The notes below the pieces were generated by a model. The model saw only the letters and a program-made list of their open reading frames with translations, did not search any database and was not told the origin of the DNA. This document shows positions 37,297-46,692 of a stretch of DNA of 64,000 nt, one piece after another (position 1 is the stretch's first letter; the number at the start of each line of letters is the position of its first letter). The position numbers were made by a program, and so were the translations under genes. The stretch comes from an uncultured Desulfobacteraceae bacterium. GTDB taxonomy: Bacteria > Desulfobacterota > DSM-4660 > Desulfatiglandales > HGW-15. The stretch is taken from positions 6,220-70,219 of the forward strand of contig CAZGIZ010000001.1 in the NCBI GenBank assembly GCA_964526655.1. The letters are read 5' to 3'.

Positions 37297-39882
37297 TTGA
37301 TTAATATGGAAAAGAAGAAGCAGAAGAGCCAACCGGCCAAGGCCGGAAAGACATCCAGCCCCTCGGGGAAACAGCTCGTCATCGTCGAGTCACCGGCCAA
37401 GGCGCGGACAATCAATAAGTACCTTGGGAAAGATTACGTTGTTATGGCCTCGGTCGGACACGTCAGGGACCTGCCTGACAAAAACCCCAAGGGCGTCAAG
37501 GACCCCGTGCCCGGGGTCGATCTGGAACATGACTTTAGACCGACCTATCAGGTCATCAAGGGCAAAGGCTCCACAGTCAAGGAATTGAAAAAGGCCGCGA
37601 CCGCAGCCTCAGGGATATGGCTTGCCACGGACCTCGACCGGGAGGGAGAGGCCATAGCCTGGCACCTCACGGAAGCCCTGGGTGTCAGGCCGGAGGAAGC
37701 CAAAAGGGTCGTTTTCAACGCCATCACCAAAAAGGAGATCGAAAGGGCCTTCAGCCAGCCCCGCCTTATTGACATAGACAAGGTAAACGCCCAGCAGGCG
37801 CGCCGCATCCTTGACAGGATTGTGGGTTATCAGGTTTCACCGCTCCTGTGGAAAAAGGTGGCAGGGGGTTTGAGCGCGGGACGAGTCCAGTCTGTCGCCG
37901 TCAGGCTTCTTGTGGAACGGGAGCGTGAGATCGAGGCCTTCATCCCAAGGGAATACTGGAGACTGACAGGTTTCTTTACCGCGTCCCTGAATGAGGCCTC
38001 TTCCCTGGCCATGGAGTTTCGGAAATGGATGGAGGAGGCCCAGGTAAAAGAGAAGGGAGGCAGGCCGAAGGGCAGGAGTGTCCATGAGAGAAACGAATGG
38101 CTCTCAAGGCGCAACAGCCTTGCCGCTGAATTGATCGAAATTGACGGCAATAAATTCGGGCCTACCAATGAAGGTGAGGCCCTGGAAGCGTCCGAATTAG
38201 CGGGTTTCAGCCTGGATCAGAGGATAGAGGAGAAAACCCAGGGCCCCAACGGGAAATTGACAGGGACTGTTGTTTTAAAGGGCCATGTGTCTGGCGGTCC
38301 CGACTGGCAGGTCAAATCCATACAGACCAAGCGCACAAAGAGCCGTCCCTCAGCCCCCTTTATCACCAGCACCCTGCAGCAGGCGGCCGCAAACCAGTTA
38401 GGTTTCACCACACAGACCACCATGCGTATAGCCCAGGCCCTGTACGAGGGCGTCACCCTGGAAAAAATGGGATCAGTCGGCCTGATCACCTACATGAGGA
38501 CCGACTCGACAAATATTTCCCCTGACGCGATCAATATGGCAAGGGAATACATCCATGAGAGGTTCGGCGATAAATACCTTCCCTCAAATCCTAACTATTT
38601 TACCACTTCCACAAAGGGCGCCCAGGAGGCCCACGAGGCGATCCGCGCCACGGACGTAAACCTGACTCCCGAGAGTGTTCGCTCATCATTGACAGATCAA
38701 CAGTATAAACTCTACAGAATAATCTGGGAAAGATTCATCGCCTGTCAGATGAAAGACAGCCAGTGGGATCAGACGACCGTCCTGATTTCGGGCCATGCCA
38801 ATGGCAGGGAGCTGCTGTTTCGTGCCACAGGCCGGGTCCTGGTATTTGACGGCTATTACAGGGTTACGGGCGTCCCAAACAATTTGGAGGAAGCCACTCT
38901 TCCCGGCCTCAAGGAAACACAGCCCCTCGCGGCGATTCACATGGATCCGACCCAGAACTTCACCTCCCCCCCTCCGAGATACACGGAGGCGTCGCTGGTA
39001 AAAAAATTAGAGGCCGAGGGGATCGGTCGTCCAAGCACCTATTCCCAGATCATCCAGGTCATCCAGGGCCGCAAATACGCCGAAAAGATCGGGAATCGAT
39101 TCCATGCCACGGATTTAGGCAAGGTCGTTACTGACAAACTTATTGAGGCATTCCCTGAAATACTCCAGGTTAGCTATACACGCGACATGGAGCAGCAGCT
39201 TGACAATATCGAAGAGAAACACTCCGACTGGGTCCAGATGCTTCGGGAGTTCTACGGGCCTTTCAAGGAGGGTCTGGAGGCCGCTTACCAGGAAATGGGG
39301 CACGCCAAGGCCGAGACCCGGCCCGCTCCCCACAAATGCCCTCAATGCGGCGGGGGGACTGTCTACAGGTTCGGCCGCAACGGCATGTTCCTCAGCTGTT
39401 CAAATTACCCCCAATGCAAGTTTGCCTCGCCCATTGACCAGGAGGGAAACCCTGTGGCGCCCGAGCAGACCGATATCTCATGTCCCAAGTGCGGGGATCC
39501 CATGTTACTGAAGAAAGGCCGTTTCGGGCCCTTTCTGAGCTGCGTCAAATACCCCGCGTGCGACGGAATCATTAACCTCGATAAAAAAGGCGCCATCATC
39601 GCCCCGAAGGTCCCTCCCCTGGTCACGGATCTCAAGTGCCCCAAATGCGATGCCCCCCTTAACATAAGACGAGGAGAGCGCGGGCCCTGGCTGAGCTGCT
39701 CGAAATTTCCCAAGTGCCGCGGGAGGCTGGGCTGGGTTTCTCTCGACGGCCGGACAAAGGAAAAGTGGGAGAAGGCCCTCGATGAGCACGAAAAAGAGCA
39801 CCCCAAACCGGTAATCTTAAACCTGGACGGGGAGCCTGTCGGTGACGGCTACAGGCCCCTGACATCAGGCGCAGATGATTAA
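37297..39882 (+). CDS. topA: DNA topoisomerase I
   Basis: 861-aa. Toprim LVIVESPAKARTINKYLG, DREGEAI, catalytic region ITYMRTDS, and four C-terminal C4 zinc ribbons (CPQCGG.., CPKCGD.., CPKCDA..). Confidence 0.95.
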   Translation: MINMEKKKQKSQPAKAGKTSSPSGKQLVIVESPAKARTINKYLGKDYVVMASVGHVRDLPDKNPKGVKDPVPGVDLEHDFRPTYQVIKGKGSTVKELKKAATAASGIWLATDLDREGEAIAWHLTEALGVRPEEAKRVVFNAITKKEIERAFSQPRLIDIDKVNAQQARRILDRIVGYQVSPLLWKKVAGGLSAGRVQSVAVRLLVEREREIEAFIPREYWRLTGFFTASLNEASSLAMEFRKWMEEAQVKEKGGRPKGRSVHERNEWLSRRNSLAAELIEIDGNKFGPTNEGEALEASELAGFSLDQRIEEKTQGPNGKLTGTVVLKGHVSGGPDWQVKSIQTKRTKSRPSAPFITSTLQQAAANQLGFTTQTTMRIAQALYEGVTLEKMGSVGLITYMRTDSTNISPDAINMAREYIHERFGDKYLPSNPNYFTTSTKGAQEAHEAIRATDVNLTPESVRSSLTDQQYKLYRIIWERFIACQMKDSQWDQTTVLISGHANGRELLFRATGRVLVFDGYYRVTGVPNNLEEATLPGLKETQPLAAIHMDPTQNFTSPPPRYTEASLVKKLEAEGIGRPSTYSQIIQVIQGRKYAEKIGNRFHATDLGKVVTDKLIEAFPEILQVSYTRDMEQQLDNIEEKHSDWVQMLREFYGPFKEGLEAAYQEMGHAKAETRPAPHKCPQCGGGTVYRFGRNGMFLSCSNYPQCKFASPIDQEGNPVAPEQTDISCPKCGDPMLLKKGRFGPFLSCVKYPACDGIINLDKKGAIIAPKVPPLVTDLKCPKCDAPLNIRRGERGPWLSCSKFPKCRGRLGWVSLDGRTKEKWEKALDEHEKEHPKPVILNLDGEPVGDGYRPLTSGADD

Positions 39883-39956
39883 TATATAGGTGATCAGGAG
39901 ATTTCCTAAAAAAGGTTTTTTGGGTTTTTATTTGTGAAATATATTACAATTCCATC

Positions 39957-39985
39957 TTGACACAGAAAAAAACAACTGATAGAAA
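39957..39985 (+). promoter_or_regulatory. candidate sigma-70 promoter for sat
   Basis: TTGACA, 17 nt, TAGAAA(T), about 75 nt upstream of the sat ATG. Confidence 0.3.
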
Positions 39986-40060
39986 TCTCCACGCCTAAGT
40001 TTAAATAGCGTACGGAATAAAAATATATAAATCTTTAACCATACCACAGGAGGAATAAAC

Positions 40061-41251
40061 ATGATTAAGCCGCATGGATCGGATAAGTTGAATCCGCTGT
40101 ATGTCCTGGATGATAAAAAACGCGCGGACCTGATTAAAGAAGCAGAAGGCCTGCCTTCAATTATCGTCAGTTCAGCTGCCGCCGCAAACGCGGTTATGCT
40201 GGGCGGGGGCTATTTCAACCCCCTTAAGGGATACATGAACGTCGCCGACGCCGTGAGCGTGTCCGAAAAGATGCAGACCGTTAACGGTCTGTTCTGGCCC
40301 ACGCCCGTACTTAACGTTGTAGAGGACGCCTCGGCCATAAAGGGCGCCAAAAGGGTCGCCCTTCGCGATCCGAATGTAAAGGGAAACCCTGTCCTGGCGA
40401 TCCAGGAGGTAGAGGCAATCGAGGAGATCAGTGACGATCAGATGAAGCTGATGACCAAAGATATTTTCAGGACCGATGATATGGAACACCCGGGTGTAAA
40501 GGCCTTCAACACCGTGGGTAAGACAGCCATTTCAGGCCCCATCGATGTGCTCAATTACTCCTATTTCGCGACCGAATTCCCGGAGACTTATAGGACCGCC
40601 TATGAGATCAGGGACGAGATGTCAAAATTGGGATGGGAAAAGGTTGTTGCCTTCCAGACACGAAATCCTATGCACCTTGCCCATGAGGAACTCTGCCGCA
40701 TGGCCTACAAGGCCGTAAACGCGGACGGCATCCTTATCCACATGCTGTTGGGCAAGCTGAAACCAGGGGACATTCCTGCCGATGTGCGTGACGCCGCCAT
40801 CCGCAAGATGGCCGAGATCTATTTTGAACCCAACACAGTCCTTATCACAGGATATGGTTTTGATATGCTGTACGCAGGCCCCAAGGAGGCGGTTCTCCAC
40901 GCCGTTTTCCGCCAGAACGCCGGTTGTACGCACCTGATCGTGGGCAGGGACCACGCGGGCGTAGGCGACTATTACGGTCCCTTCGATGCGCAGGCAATCT
41001 TTGACGAAATTCCAAAGGACGCGCTCAAGATCGAAATCTTCAAGGCAGACCACACGGCCTGGTCCAAAAAACTTGGCAAGGTTGTCATGATGCGGGATGT
41101 CCCGGACCATACAAAGGAAGACTTCATCCTTCTTTCAGGTACAAAGGTCCGGGCCATGCTCTCAAACGGCCAGGCCCCGCCGAAGGAGTTTTCACGTCCT
41201 GAAGTGGCCAAGATACTGATGGACTACTACCAGTCGATCAAGGACGAATAG
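40061..41251 (+). CDS. sat: sulfate adenylyltransferase (ATP sulfurylase)
   Basis: 396-aa. AGGAGG RBS. Motifs FQTRNPMHLAHE and VGRDHAG are characteristic of homo-oligomeric ATP sulfurylases. Confidence 0.9.
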   Translation: MIKPHGSDKLNPLYVLDDKKRADLIKEAEGLPSIIVSSAAAANAVMLGGGYFNPLKGYMNVADAVSVSEKMQTVNGLFWPTPVLNVVEDASAIKGAKRVALRDPNVKGNPVLAIQEVEAIEEISDDQMKLMTKDIFRTDDMEHPGVKAFNTVGKTAISGPIDVLNYSYFATEFPETYRTAYEIRDEMSKLGWEKVVAFQTRNPMHLAHEELCRMAYKAVNADGILIHMLLGKLKPGDIPADVRDAAIRKMAEIYFEPNTVLITGYGFDMLYAGPKEAVLHAVFRQNAGCTHLIVGRDHAGVGDYYGPFDAQAIFDEIPKDALKIEIFKADHTAWSKKLGKVVMMRDVPDHTKEDFILLSGTKVRAMLSNGQAPPKEFSRPEVAKILMDYYQSIKDE

Positions 41252-41326
41252 AGGAAAATATCCCCTAAGCCGGATAGGCATGAGAGGGCTCTTTGACGCC
41301 CGGCTTTTGCCGGTCCACTGATTCAG

Positions 41327-41357
41327 GCCCGCTTCATCCAAGAAGCGGGCTTTTTTT
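41327..41357 (+). terminator. rho-independent terminator of sat
   Basis: GCCCGCTTC-atccaa-GAAGCGGGC followed by TTTTTTT. Confidence 0.75.
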
Positions 41358-41403
41358 ACTGTCACAAAAAAATGGCATAAGTAGGTCAAGGCCTGGAGTG
41401 AAG

Positions 41404-42177
41404 ATGACGAATATCAGGCTTATAATCCTTGGTTCCGGCACCAGCATACCCCTGCCCTACAGGGCCTCTCCCTCCATTGTCATGATAAGGGAGGACAATG
41501 CGGTCCTCTTTGATATGGGTCCCGGGACCCTGCGCCAGCTTGCAAGGATGGGCATCAGCAGCAATAGGATCGAGCATATTTTTATAACCCACTTCCACGC
41601 GGACCATACGGCAGACCTGATCCACTTTCTATTTGTCACGCGAAATCCTTCGGTTTTTGAGGCAAGGAGGCCCTTTCTCATTACGGGACCGACCGGATTG
41701 AAGGGGTTCATCAAAGATCTGCAGGAATCCTACAGGGGGTGGCTGGACATCCCTTCCCCCTTAATGGAGATCGAGGAACTGGATCCGGGCAAGCCTGAGA
41801 AGAGGTCCTACAAAAATTTTGATGTCAGGACTCAGGCCCTGGGACACACCCCCAACAGCCTCGCCTACAGGGTTTATCATGGAGACGACAGGAGTTTTGT
41901 CTATTCGGGTGACACGGGATTCTGCGAGGAGATCGTGACCTTTTCAAAGGAGGCGGATGTCCTGATCCTTGAATGCTCTTTTCCCGACGGGGAAGCCGTG
42001 GAAGGGCACCTGACCCCTTCACAGGCGGGCCGTGTCGCCACCCTGGCAAATGTGAAAAAGCTTGTGCTGATTCACTTCTATCCCGAGGTCCTAAGAGTGG
42101 ACATCGCAGGTCAATGCCGCGGGAGCTATCAGGGGGAGCTTGTCCTGGGAAGGGATATGCTTGAGATAGTGCTGTAG
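41404..42177 (+). CDS. MBL-fold metallo-hydrolase (RNase Z-like)
   Basis: The track ORF begins at TTG 41293, inside the sat terminator. ATG 41404 follows GGAG. Motifs ILGSGTS and ITHFHADHTADL. Confidence 0.7.
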   Translation: MTNIRLIILGSGTSIPLPYRASPSIVMIREDNAVLFDMGPGTLRQLARMGISSNRIEHIFITHFHADHTADLIHFLFVTRNPSVFEARRPFLITGPTGLKGFIKDLQESYRGWLDIPSPLMEIEELDPGKPEKRSYKNFDVRTQALGHTPNSLAYRVYHGDDRSFVYSGDTGFCEEIVTFSKEADVLILECSFPDGEAVEGHLTPSQAGRVATLANVKKLVLIHFYPEVLRVDIAGQCRGSYQGELVLGRDMLEIVL

Positions 42178-42189
42178 ATCGAGGTCTAT

Positions 42190-43236
42190 ATGTCAAACAA
42201 ATTCAAGTCATCGGGTAAAATAATCACGATCGACCAGGCTGTCGGCACGGTCCTGGCCCACGATATCACTGAGATAAGGGCCGGGCAGTTCAAGGGGGCC
42301 GCCTTTAAAAAGGGACAGATCATTAGGGAGGAGAATCTTGAGCACCTCAGGCGGCTGGGCAAGGAGCACCTTTTTGTACTGGAGATCGGCCCGGGGGAGG
42401 TCCATGAAGATGACGCAGCCGTCAGGCTCGCCGAGGCCCTTTCAGGACCCGGCATTATTTTTGATAGGAGACCCTCTGAAGGAAAGATAAGCCTCAGATC
42501 CGCCTTCAGGGGGCTTTTCAAGGTAAAGGTCGATGCGCTCAAGGAATTTAATATGGTCCCCGAAATTTCCTGCGCCTCCAGGCACAACAACCTGCTGGTT
42601 GACGAAGGAGAGATAATTGCCGCCACAAGGGCGATCCCCCTTATTATTGAAGAGGAATTGCTTATAAGGGCTGAAAAGATAGCCAGGGAAGCGGGAGGGA
42701 TATTTTCCATCAAGGAACTGTCCAGACCCGATGCGGGATTGATCGTAACAGGAAACGAGGTTTATACGGGGAGAATTGAAGACAAATTCGCGCCCATAAT
42801 CAGGAAAAAACTGGATTTTTTCGGATGCCGATTAAGGGAGACCGTCTTTTTACCTGATGACAAGGAAAAGATCCTTAAGGGGATAAGAGATTTTTTGGAC
42901 AAGGGATTAGGGCTCATTATAGTCACCGGTGGCATGAGCGTTGATCCCGACGATGTGAGCAGGATGGCGATCCTTGAGGCCGGGGCTGATGATGTTCTAT
43001 ACGGCACGCCTGTGCTGCCGGGCGCCATGTTCCTTTACGGCCGTCTGGGACGCGTTCCCATCGTGGGCCTGCCGGCCTGTGTGTTATATTACAGGGCCAC
43101 GGTCTTTGATCTCGTTTTTCCCCGCATCCTGGCGGGCGAACACATAACAAGGGAGGATATCGCGTCAATGGCCCATGGGGGATTGTGCCTCAATTGCGAT
43201 CAATGCAGGTATCCGGTATGCCCCTTCGGCAAGTAG
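42190..43236 (+). CDS. molybdopterin-binding (MoeA/MoCF-biosynthesis-domain) protein with Cys-rich C-terminus
   Basis: 348-aa. IIVTGGMSVDPDD..GTPVLPGAMF...VGLP matches the MoCF_biosynth fold. C-terminal CLNCDQCRYPVCPFGK. Confidence 0.55.
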   Translation: MSNKFKSSGKIITIDQAVGTVLAHDITEIRAGQFKGAAFKKGQIIREENLEHLRRLGKEHLFVLEIGPGEVHEDDAAVRLAEALSGPGIIFDRRPSEGKISLRSAFRGLFKVKVDALKEFNMVPEISCASRHNNLLVDEGEIIAATRAIPLIIEEELLIRAEKIAREAGGIFSIKELSRPDAGLIVTGNEVYTGRIEDKFAPIIRKKLDFFGCRLRETVFLPDDKEKILKGIRDFLDKGLGLIIVTGGMSVDPDDVSRMAILEAGADDVLYGTPVLPGAMFLYGRLGRVPIVGLPACVLYYRATVFDLVFPRILAGEHITREDIASMAHGGLCLNCDQCRYPVCPFGK

Positions 43237-43246
43237 ATAATTACTG

Positions 43247-44224
43247 TTAAAAATTCCTCGTTGCTATATATTCGTTAAGGGCGATAAGGTCTTCCTTATA
43301 AGTTGATTCAGGGAAGATATCTAAAAATCCGGCCGCCTTTTTCACGTATCCCTTTGCCTCGGCCCTGATTCTCTCAATGGCATCGCTCTCCCTGACGGCC
43401 CTGATGAGTTCCCCATAGTCCTCGTCACTCGCTCTATGATTTTCAAACAGGGCCCTGAGCCTTTCAGATTCTTTCTTGTCCATGCCGGATAAAGAATAAA
43501 TAAGGGGCAGAGTGGTTTTGCCCTCCCGCAGGTCCTTGCCCACAGGTTTTCCAAATTCACCCTTTGACAGGGCGTAATCCAGGAGGTCGTCTACCAGTTG
43601 GAAGGCGATACCAAGATTGAGCCCGAAATTTTTAAGATTCTCCACGGCCTCTTTCCCTGCTTCCGCCATTACGGCGCCGCATGAACAGGCCGCGGACATC
43701 AGCACAGCAGTCTTGGAGACAATGATCTCCATATAATCTTCCTTGCTTGTATCCCAGTTGTCTGTGTGCATCATCTCCAAAAACTGGCCCTCCACCATGC
43801 GGGTCCCCGTATCGATTGCTATCCTTAATATCTCCATTTTTTTTGTGCTCAGGGCAATGGAGGCCGCCTTTGAAGAGAGATAATCTCCAGTCAGGATTGC
43901 CGCATGGTTTCCCCAGACATTGCTTGCAGAGGGCTTGTTCCTCCTCATGTCTGCGTTGTCTATTACATCGTCATGGAGGAGGGATGCGTTATGGATATAC
44001 TCAAACATGGTTGAATAATAGTAGACATCTTCTCCCTGGTAGCCGCACAACCTGCTTGATAGCATGAAAAGAAGAGGCCTGATCCTCTTTCCTTCTCCCA
44101 GCAGTGCGTGCCTCCCAATATCCTCGATGATAGGTATGCGGGAACCGAAGGTCCTGATCAGTTCCTTGTCTATCTCCTTAAAGTGCCGGTCGAACTTCTC
44201 TAAAAAACTCCTGTCCGAATCCAC
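43247..44224 (-). CDS. polyprenyl diphosphate synthase (long-chain, IspB-like)
   Basis: 325-aa. First and second Asp-rich motifs LLHDDVIDNADMRR and FQLVDDLLD. Confidence 0.85.
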   Translation of the reverse strand: MDSDRSFLEKFDRHFKEIDKELIRTFGSRIPIIEDIGRHALLGEGKRIRPLLFMLSSRLCGYQGEDVYYYSTMFEYIHNASLLHDDVIDNADMRRNKPSASNVWGNHAAILTGDYLSSKAASIALSTKKMEILRIAIDTGTRMVEGQFLEMMHTDNWDTSKEDYMEIIVSKTAVLMSAACSCGAVMAEAGKEAVENLKNFGLNLGIAFQLVDDLLDYALSKGEFGKPVGKDLREGKTTLPLIYSLSGMDKKESERLRALFENHRASDEDYGELIRAVRESDAIERIRAEAKGYVKKAAGFLDIFPESTYKEDLIALNEYIATRNF

Positions 44225-44390
44225 GGAATTAATCCTCCTGGCATCGTGATTTGGGATGCCTAGTGCTCATCCATAAACTAACGTTTTTGGATTTCCATCC
44301 TCCATATCAGGCTAATGCGGAGGATGGTCGCGATTTCATTAAAGGCAGGAAACTTAGCATTTAGTTGACTATTATTCAACATTAGAATTG

Positions 44391-45731
44391 TTACCTCTTA
44401 ATTTCACCGATCAGATCATGTTCATAGGCCTCTTTTATGAGTACGGGAGCAATCTCTCCCACTATACCCTGCCCCTTGTTTATCAGGACCTGGCCGTCCA
44501 CATCCGGCGCCATTGCTGCCGTACGGCCCCTCAGAAGGAGATCGGTCTCATGTGAGAAGCCCTCGATCAGGACCGGGACTGTCCTGTTAACCATCTCCAG
44601 GTTCTTTCTCCTGGATATCTCTGACTGTAGAGTCATGATTTCTTCAAGCCTCTCCTCTGAAATCCGGTGCTCTGGCATACCTTTCATGCGGGCCGCCCTG
44701 GTCCCCTTTTCCGGGCTGAATATGAATGCCCCGAGGCGCTCAAACCGGGCCGCCTCCACAAACTCATAGAGTTCCCTGAAGATATCGTCAGTCTCTCCAG
44801 GGAACCCCAGCATCAGGGTCGTCCTGATGCCCACTCCACGTTTAAGGGATCTTATCCTTTCAATAAGTTTGAGGGGATCTCCTCCAGAGTATGGCCTGCC
44901 CATCGCATTAAGGATCATTCTATTCACGTGCTGGATCGGCAGGTCCAGATAGGGGCACAACTTCTCTTCTTTTTCCATGAGTCCCAGGAGCCGGTCCGAT
45001 ATCCGGGATGGATGGGCGTAAAGGATCCTGATCCATTTGAGTCCCTTGACCAGGAGCAGTCCCTCGATGAGGTCCTCCAGGCGGATATTCCCATCAAGGT
45101 CCCTCCCGTACATGGAAGTGTCCTGGGCGACCAGGTTTATCTCCTTTACGCCTCTGGCCGCCATCTCTTCGGCCTCCCTGATGAGAGACTCCTTCTCCCT
45201 GCTCCTGAAAGGACCCCTTAATGCCGGTATGGCGCAAAATGTGCAGCCGTGGGAACATCCTTCCGCGATCTTGAGATATGCGCTGTAAAAGGGTGTGGTA
45301 TGAATCCTCGGGGTATTGTGATCGGCCAGATATCCCGGCCTGCCTATGAAAAAGGAGGGGTGTCGATCGCCCTTTCCTTCCAGGAGATCCGCGATCCTGT
45401 GGATCTCTCCTGTTCCCAGCCACCCGTCCACCTCAGGGATTTCCCTCTGGATCTTATAGCCGTAACGCTGGACAAAACACCCGGCCACAATAACTCTTTC
45501 AACCTGGCCCTTCTCTTTCAGTGCTATCACCTCAAAGATGGTGTCAATGCATTCTTCCACGGCCGGCTGTATAAAACCGCATGTGTTTATGACGGCGATA
45601 TCCGCAGTCTCAAGGGTCGATGTTATAGAAAATCCCCTCTCCTTCAGGAGACCGAGCATGTTTTCGCTGTCAACAAGATTTTTCGCGCATCCAAGACTTA
45701 TTAAAAAGACCTTTTTTTTCTCTGAACCCAC
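44391..45731 (-). CDS. rimO: ribosomal protein S12 methylthiotransferase
   Basis: The ORF is open to 45788 but that overlaps the upstream gene by 41 nt. GTG 45731 follows a GAGAGGGA RBS. Motifs FLISLGCAKNLVDSE, radical-SAM CSHGCTFC, and a C-terminal TRAM-like end. Confidence 0.8.
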   Translation of the reverse strand: MGSEKKKVFLISLGCAKNLVDSENMLGLLKERGFSITSTLETADIAVINTCGFIQPAVEECIDTIFEVIALKEKGQVERVIVAGCFVQRYGYKIQREIPEVDGWLGTGEIHRIADLLEGKGDRHPSFFIGRPGYLADHNTPRIHTTPFYSAYLKIAEGCSHGCTFCAIPALRGPFRSREKESLIREAEEMAARGVKEINLVAQDTSMYGRDLDGNIRLEDLIEGLLLVKGLKWIRILYAHPSRISDRLLGLMEKEEKLCPYLDLPIQHVNRMILNAMGRPYSGGDPLKLIERIRSLKRGVGIRTTLMLGFPGETDDIFRELYEFVEAARFERLGAFIFSPEKGTRAARMKGMPEHRISEERLEEIMTLQSEISRRKNLEMVNRTVPVLIEGFSHETDLLLRGRTAAMAPDVDGQVLINKGQGIVGEIAPVLIKEAYEHDLIGEIKR

Positions 45732-45747
45732 ATCCCTCTCTTTTTTG

Positions 45748-46371
45748 TTAATCTCGCCCGGCCGCTTCCCCGAACAGTTTTGGCACATCCAGTTCGTTCA
45801 CCGAGTCAGTAAAGACATCGCTCATGACAACATCCGCCTGGTCCTGCCCAAACAGCTTCAGGCGCTCAGCCTCGCCCTGGATGGTCTGCCTGGACAGGGT
45901 TTTACCCGATTTTTCCGCCCTGGCCTCGTAACTCATCCGGGCGGTCCATTTTCTGTCGGTCAGGTCGAGACTGAATTCCGTGAGGGCGATAACAAGCTCG
46001 ATGTCACTCTTGTCCCTTTCTGAAACGACAGTGACTCCAAGATCTCCCAATCTCCTGTCAAAGGCCTCTATAAATATAGAGCGGAGGTCCAGCAATCCCA
46101 TCAGGAATCCTTTCTCCTGGTCCCTTGCCAGGTAGAAGGAGATGTTTCCTGAAAAATTCCTGAAATCATCCAGCGCACCGCCAACCAGTATGCTTTTGTT
46201 CTCCCTCATGTCCTTAAAATCCAGGAAAACACTTTTCCCCCGCAATTCATCCGTTCCCGGGGGAAGACGATAAGTCATCTTAATGTCATGGATGGTGGCG
46301 CAGGAAGACAGGGCAGCGACAATCATTAGAATTCCCAAGATGCTTAATAGATTTCGACCTGGTAATCTCAT
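45748..46371 (-). CDS. putative lipoprotein
   Basis: 207-aa. Signal peptide with lipobox LSSC. No confident family assignment. Confidence 0.55.
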   Translation of the reverse strand: MRLPGRNLLSILGILMIVAALSSCATIHDIKMTYRLPPGTDELRGKSVFLDFKDMRENKSILVGGALDDFRNFSGNISFYLARDQEKGFLMGLLDLRSIFIEAFDRRLGDLGVTVVSERDKSDIELVIALTEFSLDLTDRKWTARMSYEARAEKSGKTLSRQTIQGEAERLKLFGQDQADVVMSDVFTDSVNELDVPKLFGEAAGRD

Positions 46372-46545
46372 CTGCTATACCTCCTTGAAATTTAATTTGT
46401 GTTTGATTCCTGGGCTTTCCCGGCATAGCGGGATCACAGACTGGCCTAATCGCCGATCCCGATCATCGTGAGTCAAAGTTGTTAGACCCTGCCTGAATGT
46501 GAATTGGCCCAGTTACAATGTAACGAGATGTACAAATATAATAGC

Positions 46546-46677
46546 GGCGCAGGGCACAGGGCTCAAGGCGCAAGGAAAGAAAGACAAAGTCATGTTTTAC
46601 CTTAGACCCTGAGCCTTGCGCCTTACGCCTTATTATGAATATCCCCTTGAAGAGAAATATAGTACAGGATCTCCACC
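46546..46677. repeat. dispersed intergenic repeat, copy A (with an upstream inverted arm forming an 11-bp stem)
   Basis: 46613-46677 aligns with 58490-58569 (GCCTTGCGCCTT..ACGCCT..TTAT..ATATCCCCTTGAAGAGA..GTAC.GGA.CTCCACC). AAGGCGCAAGG (46565-46575) pairs with CCTTGCGCCTT (46614-46624). Confidence 0.7.
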
Positions 46678-46692
46678 CCGTTCATCAGATGA

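Noticed and set aside
44295-44327. Hairpin CCATCCTCC-N15-GGAGGATGG between rimO and the polyprenyl synthase gene, considered as a terminator
   Set aside because: On the transcribed (minus) strand it is followed by an A-run and not a U-run, so it is not a canonical intrinsic terminator. Its function is unclear.
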